Shown here: positions 36,501-48,252 of the stretch, piece by piece
How positions within the stretch are numbered: the stretch's first letter is position 1
Layout: every line of letters begins with the position of its first letter
Source: Azolla caroliniana
Lineage: Eukaryota > Plantae > Polypodiophyta
Assembly: GCA_043228905.1 (NCBI GenBank)
Contig: JBHGNT010000001.1
Location: forward strand, 26,784,001 to 26,848,000
Length of the DNA stretch: 64,000 nucleotides
Direction of reading: 5' to 3'
Position numbers and translations under genes: made by a program
Notes under the pieces: generated by a model
Databases searched by the model: none
What the model was told of the DNA's origin: nothing
The model's input: only the letters and a program-made list of their open reading frames with translations

Positions 36501-36955
36501 ATCTTTTGCCAGCTATCTTCCGGTAGCAGAACCGCAACTGGCTTGATCTTCTTATCCACCGTTTTATATTTCGTGTTGATGTCAGCTTCCTTCATCGAGA
36601 TGCCACGACGGTATTCATCAATGATAGCGTACATGTTGATGGAGTTAACCGAAATCACGCGTTGGTTGTGAAGATAGCTCAAGTCCACGACGTCCTCGAT
36701 TTCGCCGATGGTGTCGTTAAATGAGGCTTCTTCCATAATATGAGTCACAAACTCTCCTTCTTCTATTATGTTCTCTTCTTTCAACATCTTCTCGAATTCT
36801 TGTATCCGACGCTTGTGCTTCTTGTCGGGTAGTACTAGTTTACATGTGCCACTAGGTGTGACACATGTTGCTTCTCCTTGCAATCCACGCACTCTTCTTT
36901 CTTGTGGGGTCTTGTGATTGCTCGGACTATTTGTGCCCCATGCTTCAATTGTCCG
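33529..36955 (-). pseudogene. pol: D pol (RT-RNase H-IN), disrupted
   Basis: ORF pieces 35960-36892, 35547-36149, 34842-35420 and 33529-34836 homologous to A Pol. Confidence 0.93.
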
Positions 36956-36957
36956 CT

Positions 36958-39164
36958 CTAAAAATCTGAGGATTCGCCTTCGAGACTATCTCGATTCCTT
37001 TCATGATTGGCTCGCACCGTTAGGAATTGGACCGATCTTTGGTTGTCAAGAATCTTTATTCGTACGAAGGCTGCTCTATTATCGAACACTCTGGTCTCCA
37101 TCCGAGATGATGTGATATAAGGTTATAAGGTTGCCCTAGGATGACAGGATGCGACGCCGATTCTTGTACGAAGAAGTGTTGATCCATCTCCACATCCCCG
37201 ATCGTGACCTTGACATTGGGACAAGCTCCGTACAAATCCTCCGTAGACTTTGTTGCCGCGCGAATCTTCCATCCGTGGTTTGTATTGATTGGCCATCTTC
37301 CTTTTTTGTAGAAGTCGGTTGACATGAGGTTGATCTCCGAGCCGTGGTCGATCAAGGCTACCACGGTCTCTTTCTTCTCCCCGATCTTCACCGGCGTCTC
37401 CGTTGTCACTCGTGCCCAATGAGGTCGAGTGTAGTGGCTGTCCACCATATCTTCATCGATTTCGTCTCTTGCCATCGTTATGGCATTCGTTTTTGCTTTT
37501 TGCGGCTTCTCTTCTTCCTCGTCCGATTGTTGTCTCTTTCTCTTTACAAGGTCCACAATCGTGTCATGGAACTCCTTCTTCGTAATGCCAAGCAATTCCC
37601 TCAAGGACAAAGTTACGTGGCTATCAAGAACTCATTCTTCGAGAATCTTCTTTAGGTCCGTTGTCTGCTCTATGTCCGACCTTAGCTTATAGGTAGGTAT
37701 AGTCCTAGTCCTCCGAGCGGGGTCTTCGACACCAACCTTCACGGGCCGCACCGTTTCTTCAACTCGTATGCTCGGCTCCCCTTTTCGGCTTGATTCTCGT
37801 TCCTCCATTTGTAAAGGTCGATTCGTCTCCGTATCGTCCTTCTTTTTTGCTTTCCTTGTTTCATGTCTTTTTGATGTGCCTTGCTCTTCTATTCTCTTTC
37901 TCTTTTCTTCGACGAACACCTCGTGGTTGTCGCACATCACCTCTGCGAGTATGGTGTTGTCGTCCACCGGATCCGACCACCCGATTATGCTTTGCACGCT
38001 TCGATCTGCAAGCTCTACCTCGTTCGATGTGACTTTTCCCTTCTTCTCATATTCGAGAACAGAAGTCCAAAACTTTGCTCCCGCTCTAGCAGCTTCAGTC
38101 TTGTCTTTCTCGACTCTTATTCCGGCTGACGCAGCATAGTGCATCGCATCCACATGAGTCGCATCGGCATCCTCCATAGATTTCTTCATTCCTCCTCTTC
38201 CGAAATTCACCCGTAGGGGTCTTCTAGTCTCGCTTGAGCAGATCATGTTGTCCTCTATGTATACGATATTTTGTCGAATCGCCTGTCGAAGGCTCGCACA
38301 ATCCCTTCTCATGTGGTCCATGCTATCGCACCACACGCATCTAAAGGGTTCTTTTCCTTTAGGGCCCCGACGATTCATGTTGGCTAGCGTGACCTTCTCG
38401 AACTTCTTTGCTAGCTCTTCAATGATGTCGTCATCAATCCTCTTTTCTTCCACGTTACTTTGTCTTGGCGGCTCAACTACTTTCGGCGGTCTTGCTTTCT
38501 CCGTGGTAGTCGATGCCGTCAAGTCGGTGTCATCAACCCATTGGCGACACTTGTCGAGCCTATTGCATGCCCGCTTCACCGCGATCCAGTCCGCTACGAG
38601 CCCATTTGCTTGGGTATCATCTTCGAGAAGAGTCCCCAACTCCCATCTATCCTTTATGTCCACGGCCTTCAAGAAGTACAAAGTCTTGTCCTCTTCAAGC
38701 AACACTTGGTCCGTATTGGGGAGACGATTAAACATCTGGTCGAATTCGTCGTACACCCTCGAGACGCTCATCTTCTTATTCTTCTTCTCTATCCACTTCA
38801 TCAGGGCATGTCGAGTCATCCTTGTTGAGTCTTCACTCACGAACTCCGCTAGTATCGTTTTCTCGAACTCGGACCATGTTGTCTTACCTTCTTGAAGCTC
38901 GATGACACGTCTTTGGATGTTGTTGGCGACAACTCTCTTGAAGCTTGCGATTTGACGTGCCTCAGACACGTCCCTCTAATTCATCTCCCTTCTATATGCA
39001 TCAAGGAACTTTGTAACGTTCCTTCCATCGAATTGGCCCTCGAGCTCTACGACACGATCGACAGCCTTCTCCATGCTCGCGTCATTGTCCCGAGATCTCA
39101 TCATTTGCTCGACGATTAGCATCATCCTTTCGAGCTCTCCTGCTTGGTTGCTTGAGGATGCCAT
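36958..39164 (-). pseudogene. gag: D gag-protease, disrupted
   Basis: FDGRNVTKFL, CVWCDSMDHMRRDC, ALIDHGSEINLM; ends GATTTTTAG as in A and F. Confidence 0.9.
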
Positions 39165-39552
39165 CTCCAAGTATTAATCTCGACTTGATCATTCCTACCG
39201 CCTCTTTCACGTTGGGTTCACCACTCAATTATGTCGTGAAGATCCGTCACTACGCGCGGATCGTGAGGTGGAACCGCCGGGGTTCTAGACCGGAAGGATT
39301 CAAAGTCGATACAAGCTTTGGCGAGAAAGTACTTAAGATAGATTGGGAAAGAGAGAAGTTGAGATTAAACGATTGAGAAAGATTGATTGAACTTTTATCT
39401 TTGGATTTAAGAAACAAGTTACACCATCAATTTGATAACGAATTTCTTCTTCTTAATTTCATAATAAAAAAAAACGTCTTTTTTTCTCCTCCCCCTTCCT
39501 TATTTTATAGATGCTCTCATGCATATGATGCATGTGAGGGTACAAGACACGC

Positions 39553-40274
39553 TGTCGTGCCTTTCGGCTCCGGATCATTGCGTGAGTCGGGTGGGAACCG
39601 CCGAGGTTTTGGACTAGGAGGAAGAAAAATACAAATAAGGCTAGTAAAGAATAGGTATAAAGAGTTATAAGATAAGAATCTTGTGAATCCCACAAGTTTA
39701 GTATATTTAGTCAATATTTAGGTAGTAAGAGAGAATTATTTTAGCAAATTCGTGAATCCCACGAATATTTTAGATTGATTGATCATTATAGAAAAATAAT
39801 CAACAAAAACTACAATGTGCTCCCCGTCCTTATATAGTGATGGGAGAGATTAAGCATAGCTACATGCTTTTTTTCTAATATGTTCATGCACACTAAATGT
39901 GCATGTGATGCTTTTCTAATCCTTGCTTTTATTTGCTAAATATAGTGCTCATGCACGCTAGATGTGCATGAGTCACTTTTTAGTTGCTTGCGTTTTTCTA
40001 TAAAATATTCACGCACTCTAAAAATGCATGATTTACCTTTTAATAAAGGTAGGCGCAAATAAAGCACTTAAAGTTATTAAATCTATTTATAAAACACTAA
40101 AGATAAGGTAGCATAATGGTAAAGTTGAGGTTTGACTATGTGGAGGTATAGGGTTTGAATCTTGCCTTATGCATGTGATAAATATTTTGATATATTATTT
40201 ATTTATTTATATGTATCTAAAATCGGATATGTTATTTTATGGTTTTCACATAGTGTGTGGAATACACTACGACA
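39553..40274 (-). mobile_element. Solo LTR G (722 bp) inserted in the D 5' LTR
   Basis: TGTCGT...ACGACA termini; perfect 4-bp TSD ACGC at 39549-39552 and 40275-40278; absent from the D 3' LTR; minus-strand TATA CTATATAAGG at about 39828-39837. Confidence 0.92.
40103..40170 (+). other. tRNA-like cassette in solo LTR G
   Basis: Acceptor-like stem ATAAGG/CCTTAT; A box TAGCATAATGG; AGGTA; B-box-like GGTTTGAATC. Confidence 0.6.
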
Positions 40275-41161
40275 ACGCATAAATTGCATGTTTGCCATTT
40301 GGCGCTTATGTATTACATGTGGTGCATGATAACCATGTCACTCATTTTAGCTCTCATGTATAAGAATTTACATGTAAAAGTACAATGATAGAAATATAAA
40401 TTCAACTAAATGGCATGGCTTAATGGTAAGCCAATTGACTCCTAACTTGGAGGTGCAAGGTTCAAATCCTTACTTGCTCTCCTTGTATATGTATATATGT
40501 ATATATATTTATATATTTATTTATCTAATCGCCGGACGCCGGTTCGCCGGATGCCGTCGCCGGTTGCCGCCGGATACCGCTGCTGTCGGTTACCGGTGCC
40601 TCACCGGATACCGTCGTCTCATTGGCGCCGGATGCCGCCGCCAGATGCCGTCATTTCACCGGCGCCGGATGTCGCCGTCGGATACCGGTTTGCCGTCGGA
40701 TCACCGGCTCCATCGCCGATCCGGTTTTGGTTGGCCAAAACCCTTTACGAGTAGCTAGCCCACCTCCACTCTTAGTTCAAGTTACCTTGAACTCTCTATG
40801 CTCCACACATAGACACAAAGATAATATCTTTTGCTCTACCTTATATATGATGAGAGCCGTATTTGTCGTGCCTATGTGGGATATCTCACAATTTTCTCTT
40901 TTCCTTTCACAAACTTTATACCCTCATATCTTGACATTTAGTTGTCCGTTTTTCGTGTAATAAAGTGCATTCGAAACCTCCATCATTTTGTACTTAGATA
41001 TTAAATTTATTTAAAATATTATCTTCACAATTATTGTACTATGTGATTCATACTCGATTTCGTACGTTTTATGGGATTTTCACACTATTGCCGAAAATCT
41101 TCACGGCAACGTGGAGAACAAGGCGGGACCACTGGGGTCTTGGACCGAGGAATAGGTGAGG

Positions 41162-41224
<63 letters not shown>

Positions 41225-41869
41225 ACTCACGTATAGACAAAGAAGTGCACAGGGACGCGACACAACAACACAGGAGACACGAGTTGAGAACACTACAGTA
41301 TGTACGTAAATATAATCATGTATTTGTATGTATGCAGATGACTCGAACGATTACAGCCGATCAGGTCGGCGAGGTGGATGCCGACGCCTGATCACCCACG
41401 CACACAGGAGAGCAAGATGGAGATTCTGCTAGAAGCTCACGGGCATTCCACGGAGCAGAATCAGCGTCCTGAGACCCTGCGCAAAAGAAACTATGGAGAA
41501 CGACAGAGAAGAAGAGCTCGGTCCCAGTCCGACAACACTTCGTTCCCTCTAGCCCACGATCCCCTTCTCTCCCCGTCTCCCTCTCTTTTATAGCTCAAGG
41601 AGGGAGGCCGTCTTACCCGTTTACATCACATTAATTCTCTGTCCTTTTGGACAGAGATACTCCTCGATTCTCCCTATAGAATATTGCTATCTAGGATCTG
41701 ACCTTTGTGCCTACCTATCTACTGTACAACAAAGGGCGTGCCCACATGTAAGGGCCGGTTCACACACGTTGTACACAATGTGCCCCTGGGGATGGTTTTC
41801 TTCACGACCTCCACCCCCACCTAACCACGCATCCACCGGTATGCGCCAAAATTGGGTTCCTACTGGAGA

Positions 41870-44506
41870 AAACCGGTTCTTGCTTTCTCCCTCATTTACC
41901 GGTTCGTCCTCCGCCTCGGGCTGCTCGTTGTTGCTGTCCGTGCCCCCTAGCCCCGGCTCACCGTCGTGTCGTTTCTTGAACACTTTGATCCTCTTCCCTG
42001 CTACCAATATCGCCATTCTCGTACCGTCGAGCTCCGCAAGATGGTAGGTGCCATTGTCGTTGGCGCATGTTACTACGTAAGGCCCGAACCACCTCCTTGC
42101 GAACTTCTGCGTGGCCTTGTGCTGATTGTCGAGGCTGCTATCGTAGACTAGCACCCAATCGCCTTCCTCGATCTTCCTTGGCCGGAGCCAGTGTGTTCGG
42201 TCAAACCGGGCTTTGTTCCTTATCCTCGCTACCCGAAGTTTCTCCGCGGCTCGCTCTACGTCCTCCGGCCTCCGCCAACAGTTCCTCCCGGCTCATCTCA
42301 TCCCTCCAGTCCACCGTGGCCCACGAGGAGATCGTTCGCTCTGTTGGCATGATCGGCTTTTGTTGGAACATAAGCTCGGCCGGCATGAACCCTGTTACCG
42401 AACTGTGCGTAGTCCGGTCTGCCCACAAGGCATAAGGTAGCAGCTGTGGCCAGTTCCCGACTTGGCCTCCGCACGCCCGTACTAGCGCTTTGACAATTGG
42501 CCCGTGTCCGCGCTCCACCTTCCCGTTCACCTCCGGATTGTACGCCGTGGTGAGTGAAAGTTTGACTCCTAGCCGGTCGAACAGCTCTTTGGCCTCTTCT
42601 GCGTCCAACTCACCACGGTCAGCCACGATCCTCCCTACGCACCCGTATCGGCATACCACGTCCTCAATCAAAAACCGGCATACGACTGCAGTCGTCTTGT
42701 TCTGCAGGGCTCGGCCTTCAACCTGGTTTGTTAGGTCCTCCCGAGCCAGCACTAGATACCGCATTTGTCCTACCCCGATTGGCATCGTCACCAAATCCAC
42801 CATCCACTTGAAGTGGACGGTCGGAGGGTAGGTCGCGTGAAGCTCGTCCCGATGTCGGATCATGGAGTGCACCTGACAGCTTTCGCAAGTTGTCACGAAC
42901 CGATGTACGTCCCGGTATAGTCCCGGCCACCAGTACTTCCCCTTTAGCTTTTCGAACGTGGCCCACGTTCCACGGTGTCCAGCCCATGGGCTATCGTGGT
43001 ATGCCAACAGCAAATCCTCCCATTCCTCCTTCTTCGCCACCACTCGGAGCGGGATGCCATTCCTCTTCTTCGGGTGCTTCCATATGTACCCGTCCCGAAG
43101 GAAGAATTGGTATGCTTTCTTCCGAATCCAGTTGGCCTCGTCCGTTGTCCATGCTGCGTCCGGTGTCATCGTTTTCAGCAACCCGCTGATCTGCAGCCAC
43201 TCCCCGTCATACTTGCTCTCGTCAAAATCATTAAGCGTTGGAGTGCATTCCTTGCTGGTTGTTACGTGAGCCGCCTGGAAGAAATCCACGCCGACTTCCC
43301 CGTCCTCCGAAACCATGCCGCCCTCGTTTTCGAACCTCGCTTGTGAAAGCATGTCGGCCATGGCATTGTCTTTCCCGGAAATGTGTCGTATTTCCGGATT
43401 CAGGGACTTGATGTATGCTATCCACCTGAGCATTGCCAGGTCCTGCGTCGCGCATCCGGAAACCATGCCAAGAATCGGCAGGCAGTCCGTCTCGATAATT
43501 ACCTCTGTCCCGATTAGGTAGTCTTTATCGGCCTTTACCGCCGAAACGATACCCCAGAGCTCGCATTTAACCTGGGCGTATCCTCGCTGTCGCTCGTTGA
43601 GGACCTTCGTGCCGAACCGGATCGGGAAACGCATACGGTCCTCGTCCTCTTGGTTGACGACCCATCCGATCCCGGTCGGACTCGTGTCTACTATTACGTA
43701 AATTGGAGTGCTCTTTCCGTAGACAGCCTTTCGGAAGTGCTTCCTTCATCTTCCGGACAGACTCCGTATGCTCGTCTCTCCACTCGAATTTTCGCCCCTT
43801 TTTCAGCAACCCGTATAACGGCTCCGCGACGTGAGCGTAATGCGGGATCCATATGTGGTAGAACGTGCACGCTCCCAAGAACCTCCGAACCTCCGTGACC
43901 GAGCTACAGTCGTCCTTCATCGCGGAGATGGCTTCTACCTTAGCTGGAGACGGTTTCCGGCCGTACGACTCGCATAGGTGTTCGACGACCATGATCTCTG
44001 ATTACCCGAAGGCCGATTTTCCCCCGGAGAAGGTGAGCCTCACGCCCTCCAACCTCTGCAGCACCTTCTCGCAGTCATCGATGTGCGTCGCCACGAATTT
44101 CCGGCACCCGTCCGATCCGATCGTCTCGTCCCTTTCCTCCACCGGGCATCCCTTGATCGGGACATCATCCAGAAACGGCATGGTGATGTCCGGGATACAA
44201 TCCCTCAGCACCTTGTTCATTGCGTTTACCATGTGAGCCACCGAGTTCGTCCCTCCTTGTGGTAGGGTACACATCCGTACTAGGCCGAGAGGATTTCGCA
44301 TCGTTGTGATGTCTCTGCTCTCTATGGCTAGTTGGAATTGATCGTACCCCGAGTAGAGATCACCGACCGAGTAAATCGACCTTCCGGCGAAGGCCTCCGC
44401 GAACTCGTCTATTGTCGGTCCGATTCCTGCGTTTCGAATGGTCACCTTGTTGACCGGCTGCAGGTCTTGAATAAAGTGCAGCATGCCGTCCTTCTTCGGC
44501 ACGGTA
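41870..44506 (-). pseudogene. pol: F pol 3' part (RT-RNase H-IN), disrupted
   Basis: ORFs 44002-44538, 43567-43992, 42201-43634 and 41711-42154 highly similar to A Pol. Confidence 0.93.
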
Positions 44507-44891
44507 TGTTGTCTGCCTGGCCGGACTAGCCTCAACACAGGTGTCTATCTGACACTTCTCCAAAGGGGTGGTAAGGATTGGATGCTAGGTTACACACGTA
44601 AGATGATTACAATTAAGCACAGACGGTAAAACAATACAGAGATACAGATAAACATGCAATAATTCTATTTGTATTACTTACGTCAAAACCTTTACAAATC
44701 ATCGGATCCTTTTATAGGCATCCGGCAAGGTTACAATCGGTGCGCTTAGGCAACCGGCATCCGAATCAGTCCGGATCCGGATCGGTACAACTGTACCGGA
44801 TCCGTCCCTCCGAATAATAATTATACTATTATTTACTTCCGATCCAACTCCGCCTTCCCACTTGTCCTTGCTCTTCTGACCGGTCAACACA

Positions 44892-44907
44892 TGGCACGCC
44901 CGTGGGA
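44892..44907 (-). other. Sense copy of a tRNA(Arg)-like 3' end with CCA at the PPT position of E
   Basis: Coding strand reads TCCCACGGGCGTGCCA-TG-[TGTTG LTR]; plus strand TGGCACGCCCGTGGGA shares its first 11 nt with the PBS of element C. Confidence 0.75.
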
Positions 44908-45023
44908 AAATGCCTTGCACTTCGAATCCACTCCCGGCCTCATTCTTCCTCCAAAATATCGAGCACACTCTGCTCGATGGGGTCAAGTGGTGCTTCTTCC
45001 TCCAATTTCTATTCCTTGCCTGC

Positions 45024-47862
45024 CTAGTCTCCGACCTCCGGTTGGGTTGGCTGTTCCGTAAAAATTTGCTGCTCCGGCTCTGCTTGATTCTGTGGTGCCG
45101 GTGCTTCCTCACCGCTCCGTCCGGGTTCTTCCTGTTCTCCCTCCGTTCCAGGCTCTGTTCTGTTACCAGTGTCGCTTTCTCCGGTCTCGACTGGTCGGCT
45201 CGGTGCGCCTTCTTCCTCTGCTCTGGTGTCTTCCGGTCTCAGCTCTTCTTCTTCTCCGGTATCGGTCTGCTCCTGCTCTTCTTGATTTCCTTCGAACGGA
45301 AGTTCTTCTTCGGGTATTCCTTGTCGGGGTTGTTCGGTGTCGGTTGGTTCAACTTCAGCCGGTCGCTCGCCCTCACTTATAGTGATTGGCGTCGTTCTTC
45401 CCTTGGCTTCCTGTCGTAACCGGTCCTGCTCGTATTTCTCCAACTCCAACTGAGTTGCGAGCTGCCCGTCATCCAACCTCTCTACCAACCCTCGGATTTC
45501 TTTGAGATGTTCTTCTGCTAAAGCGTAGAAATCCTCCGACAATTCTTCCCAAATGGCGACGATACTTTCTTCATCCATCTTGTAGAACTTGTCACCGGTC
45601 TTCCTCCGATTCTCGGCATCAGCTCGGAGTGTCTGCAGCTCGGCTGCCTGTTGTGACCACTCCTTCCATAGCTTTTCCGTACTTTCGTTGATGCTTGCCT
45701 GAGCTCGGGTACTCCAACCTGACATGATGAGCTTGATCCGGTCAACCCCCGCCTTAGCATGCGCATAAGCTTCTTGCTTTTCCTTCCTTGCCCGTTTTAT
45801 AATGTCGGCCATTATCTGAGCCTGGGCCTCGTAATCCGCTTTCTGCTTTTCATAGGTACTTTGCAGTTTGTTGATCGTGAAGGTCGATCTTTCCTTTTCT
45901 TCATTCCTGATCTTGGTCAGATCTAGCTTTTCCCGCCTTAGCGCCTCTAATTCCTTCCTTCTCTCCGTCGCTTGGGTTATTTCCGCCGACAATGCTTCCT
46001 TTTTGGCACTGACCTCATCCATTGTCTTAGCCAGGTCTAATCGGGTCTCTTTGAGCTGTTCTTTCAGCTTCTCTATTTGCCGGTCGTAGTCTGCTGCCCG
46101 TTTCTTGTTGTCCGACTCGGCCTGCTTGTGATCTCGGTAGAGACGGTCGAAGTCCTCCGTCTTCTGCTTCAGGCGTCGGTTTGCCTGAGCTCTTAACCGG
46201 TCATCCCGGTCCTTCTGTTGTCGGAGTTCTTCCTGCAGTCGTTCTATCTCCTGCTCGGCATGTCGACGCAGTCGGTCCTTCTCCTTTTGCAGCTTCTCTT
46301 TTTCTTCTTGCAGTCGGTCATTAGTGGCTCGGCCTTTCCGGAGGCCTTCTTCCATTTTCCGTCTGTCGTCCTCCACCGCTTTCCGCTGCTCCCTTTCTTT
46401 TTCCCTTAATGCCTCCTGAGCTTTTAACTCCTCTCGTAAGGTTTCTATTATTTTTTCGGTCTCAGGGCCGGTTTGCAAGGCTACCGGTTCCAGTTCCGGT
46501 TCTGGTTGCTTCCTTGTTGTCCCGATTGGCTCGGTGACAACTTGTGCTTGTTGAATTCCTTCCCTTGCCTGCAACAGCTCCCCTTGCAATTCCTCGATCT
46601 GTGTTCGGAGCGTGACCAACTCCTGGGTTGTTGTATGCGTCAGATGTTGCCTACACGTTTCTTCTTCCTCTAACTGGTCCGCTACTCCCGATAACTGCTC
46701 CGAAAGCCATCTCAGCCATTGTGGCTTTGTGCTTCCTGTGTCGGGGTAGCCTTGCTCACTTCTACTCCTTAACTCAGGCTGTTCTTTCGGCCTTTTCTCT
46801 GGCTCCGGCGCTTGTTCATTCCTCTTCTCTGGGATGACCAGTTCTCTGAAGTCCGGCAAAACCGGTGTCGGTGCTGCTTCCCTCGGTACGGGTTCTGGTA
46901 CTGCTTCCGCCTCGGCTACTGGAGGTGGTCCTTGCGCCCTCTGCTGAGTTTTGTCAACTGGTGGAGCCGGTCCTTTCGCCCGTCTCTCCCAACCTTGTCT
47001 TGCTGGGAGTCTTACCAATGGTTCGGATGAGTCTTCTGTTTCAGCTTCCTCCTTCGGTGCGGCTACCAGACGGACCTTTTGGATAAAGACCTCTGGTTCC
47101 GGTTCCGGCCGTCGCAGCGTTATATTGATTGGTTTGAGCGCTACCGGTTCCTCCTCGGCCGATTTCCCTTTGCCTTTTCCTGTCGGTTTTGCCTTTGTTG
47201 CCGGTTCCTGTTGTTGTCGGGATGGTCCTTCCCCCTGCTGTTCTGCTTCTTCTTGGGTCCATCCGGGGGTGTGTTTCTCCAGGATATGTCGGCGCTTTGT
47301 GACCTTTTTCGGCATCATCTCCTGCTGACCTCTATTCTTTTGTTTGATGGGGAGCACCGGTGGGACTAATACCGTTAGCCATTGTGCTATCCCGGCCCAT
47401 GGCTTTTTTCCTTCCACAAGGTTCTTGATGGCCTCCTTCAATCCTTCGGTTATGAAATGAAGCCAGTCCACTTGTAATCCTTCGTACGTTGCAATTAAGA
47501 ACGCTGCCCGGTACCTGGGTATGGCTGGGGGACGAGAATTCACGAATCCGTATTCCATCATGGCGCGGGCCACTTCTCCGAACAACAGGTTCTCTCCGCC
47601 CTGTGTACGGTACGCCTTGCTGCTGATGGAATACTCACCGAAATATTCGAACAGGATTTCACTGGAAGGGTTTTCGATCGTTTGAAGTCCTCCTGCTTTT
47701 ATCCCCGTGAGCGCTTGCATCGCTCCTTTCGTGATTTCTGATAAATCAATCGATGCTGCCGCCTGCTCTGGTTCTGCGTGTGGTGGAGCGTTGGCGATCC
47801 GCAGCAATCCTTCTAACCCGTTCTCCCTCATCCATTGGCACTGCCTCCTATGATAGTGCCAT
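45024..47862 (-). CDS. E extra 3' ORF (ORF3, about 945 aa): conserved globular N-terminus, Pro/Glu-rich linker, long coiled coil, acidic tail; 5' end has a stop and a frameshift
   Basis: Long open frame 45024-47969; likely ATG at 47862 (MALS*EA) by alignment to C; N-terminal region homologous to 63672-64000. Confidence 0.8.
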
Positions 47863-48252
47863 TGGTTCGAATTCTTCTTCTGCTGTCTGTTGTTCGGGAT
47901 CGGGATGTGTGTGCGTTGTGCGTCGGATCGCTCTTCTGTGCTTCTGCGCCTGTGTGTAGGAAAATTCATAAAAAGTAAGGCCTTCGCAGGCCTGTGTCTT
48001 AAATAGTGGCTTTTGCCTCGAGCCGCCCTTTTTCATTTCCCGTGCATGTCCATCTCCCGCCATAATTAGTATGTCCTTTCTTGCTTGCCGCGTGTGAGCG
48101 CCCATGTTCCATGCTTTAAATAGCAAGTACGCGCACGTCCTTCTTTACTGCATGGCGCCTCTTCGTTGCATGGTGGCGCTCCCACCTCTTGTGATCTCCC
48201 CATCACTACTATGATTTTTTTATTTTTTATTTTTTCTCTTTTTATTTTTTAT

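Larger units (their letters stand above)
32254..41108 (-). mobile_element. Element D: degraded tRNA-Trp-primed Gypsy element inserted in the F 3' LTR
   Basis: 3' LTR 32254-33456; 5' LTR 39232-41108 (with G inside); TSD GCGT/ACGT at 32250-32253 and 41109-41112; PPT 33457-33470; PBS 39207-39223. Confidence 0.93.

Noticed and set aside
45024-47969. env gene or captured host myosin/SMC gene
   Set aside because: No transmembrane or signal segment and no ATPase motifs seen; the coiled-coil resemblance is compositional
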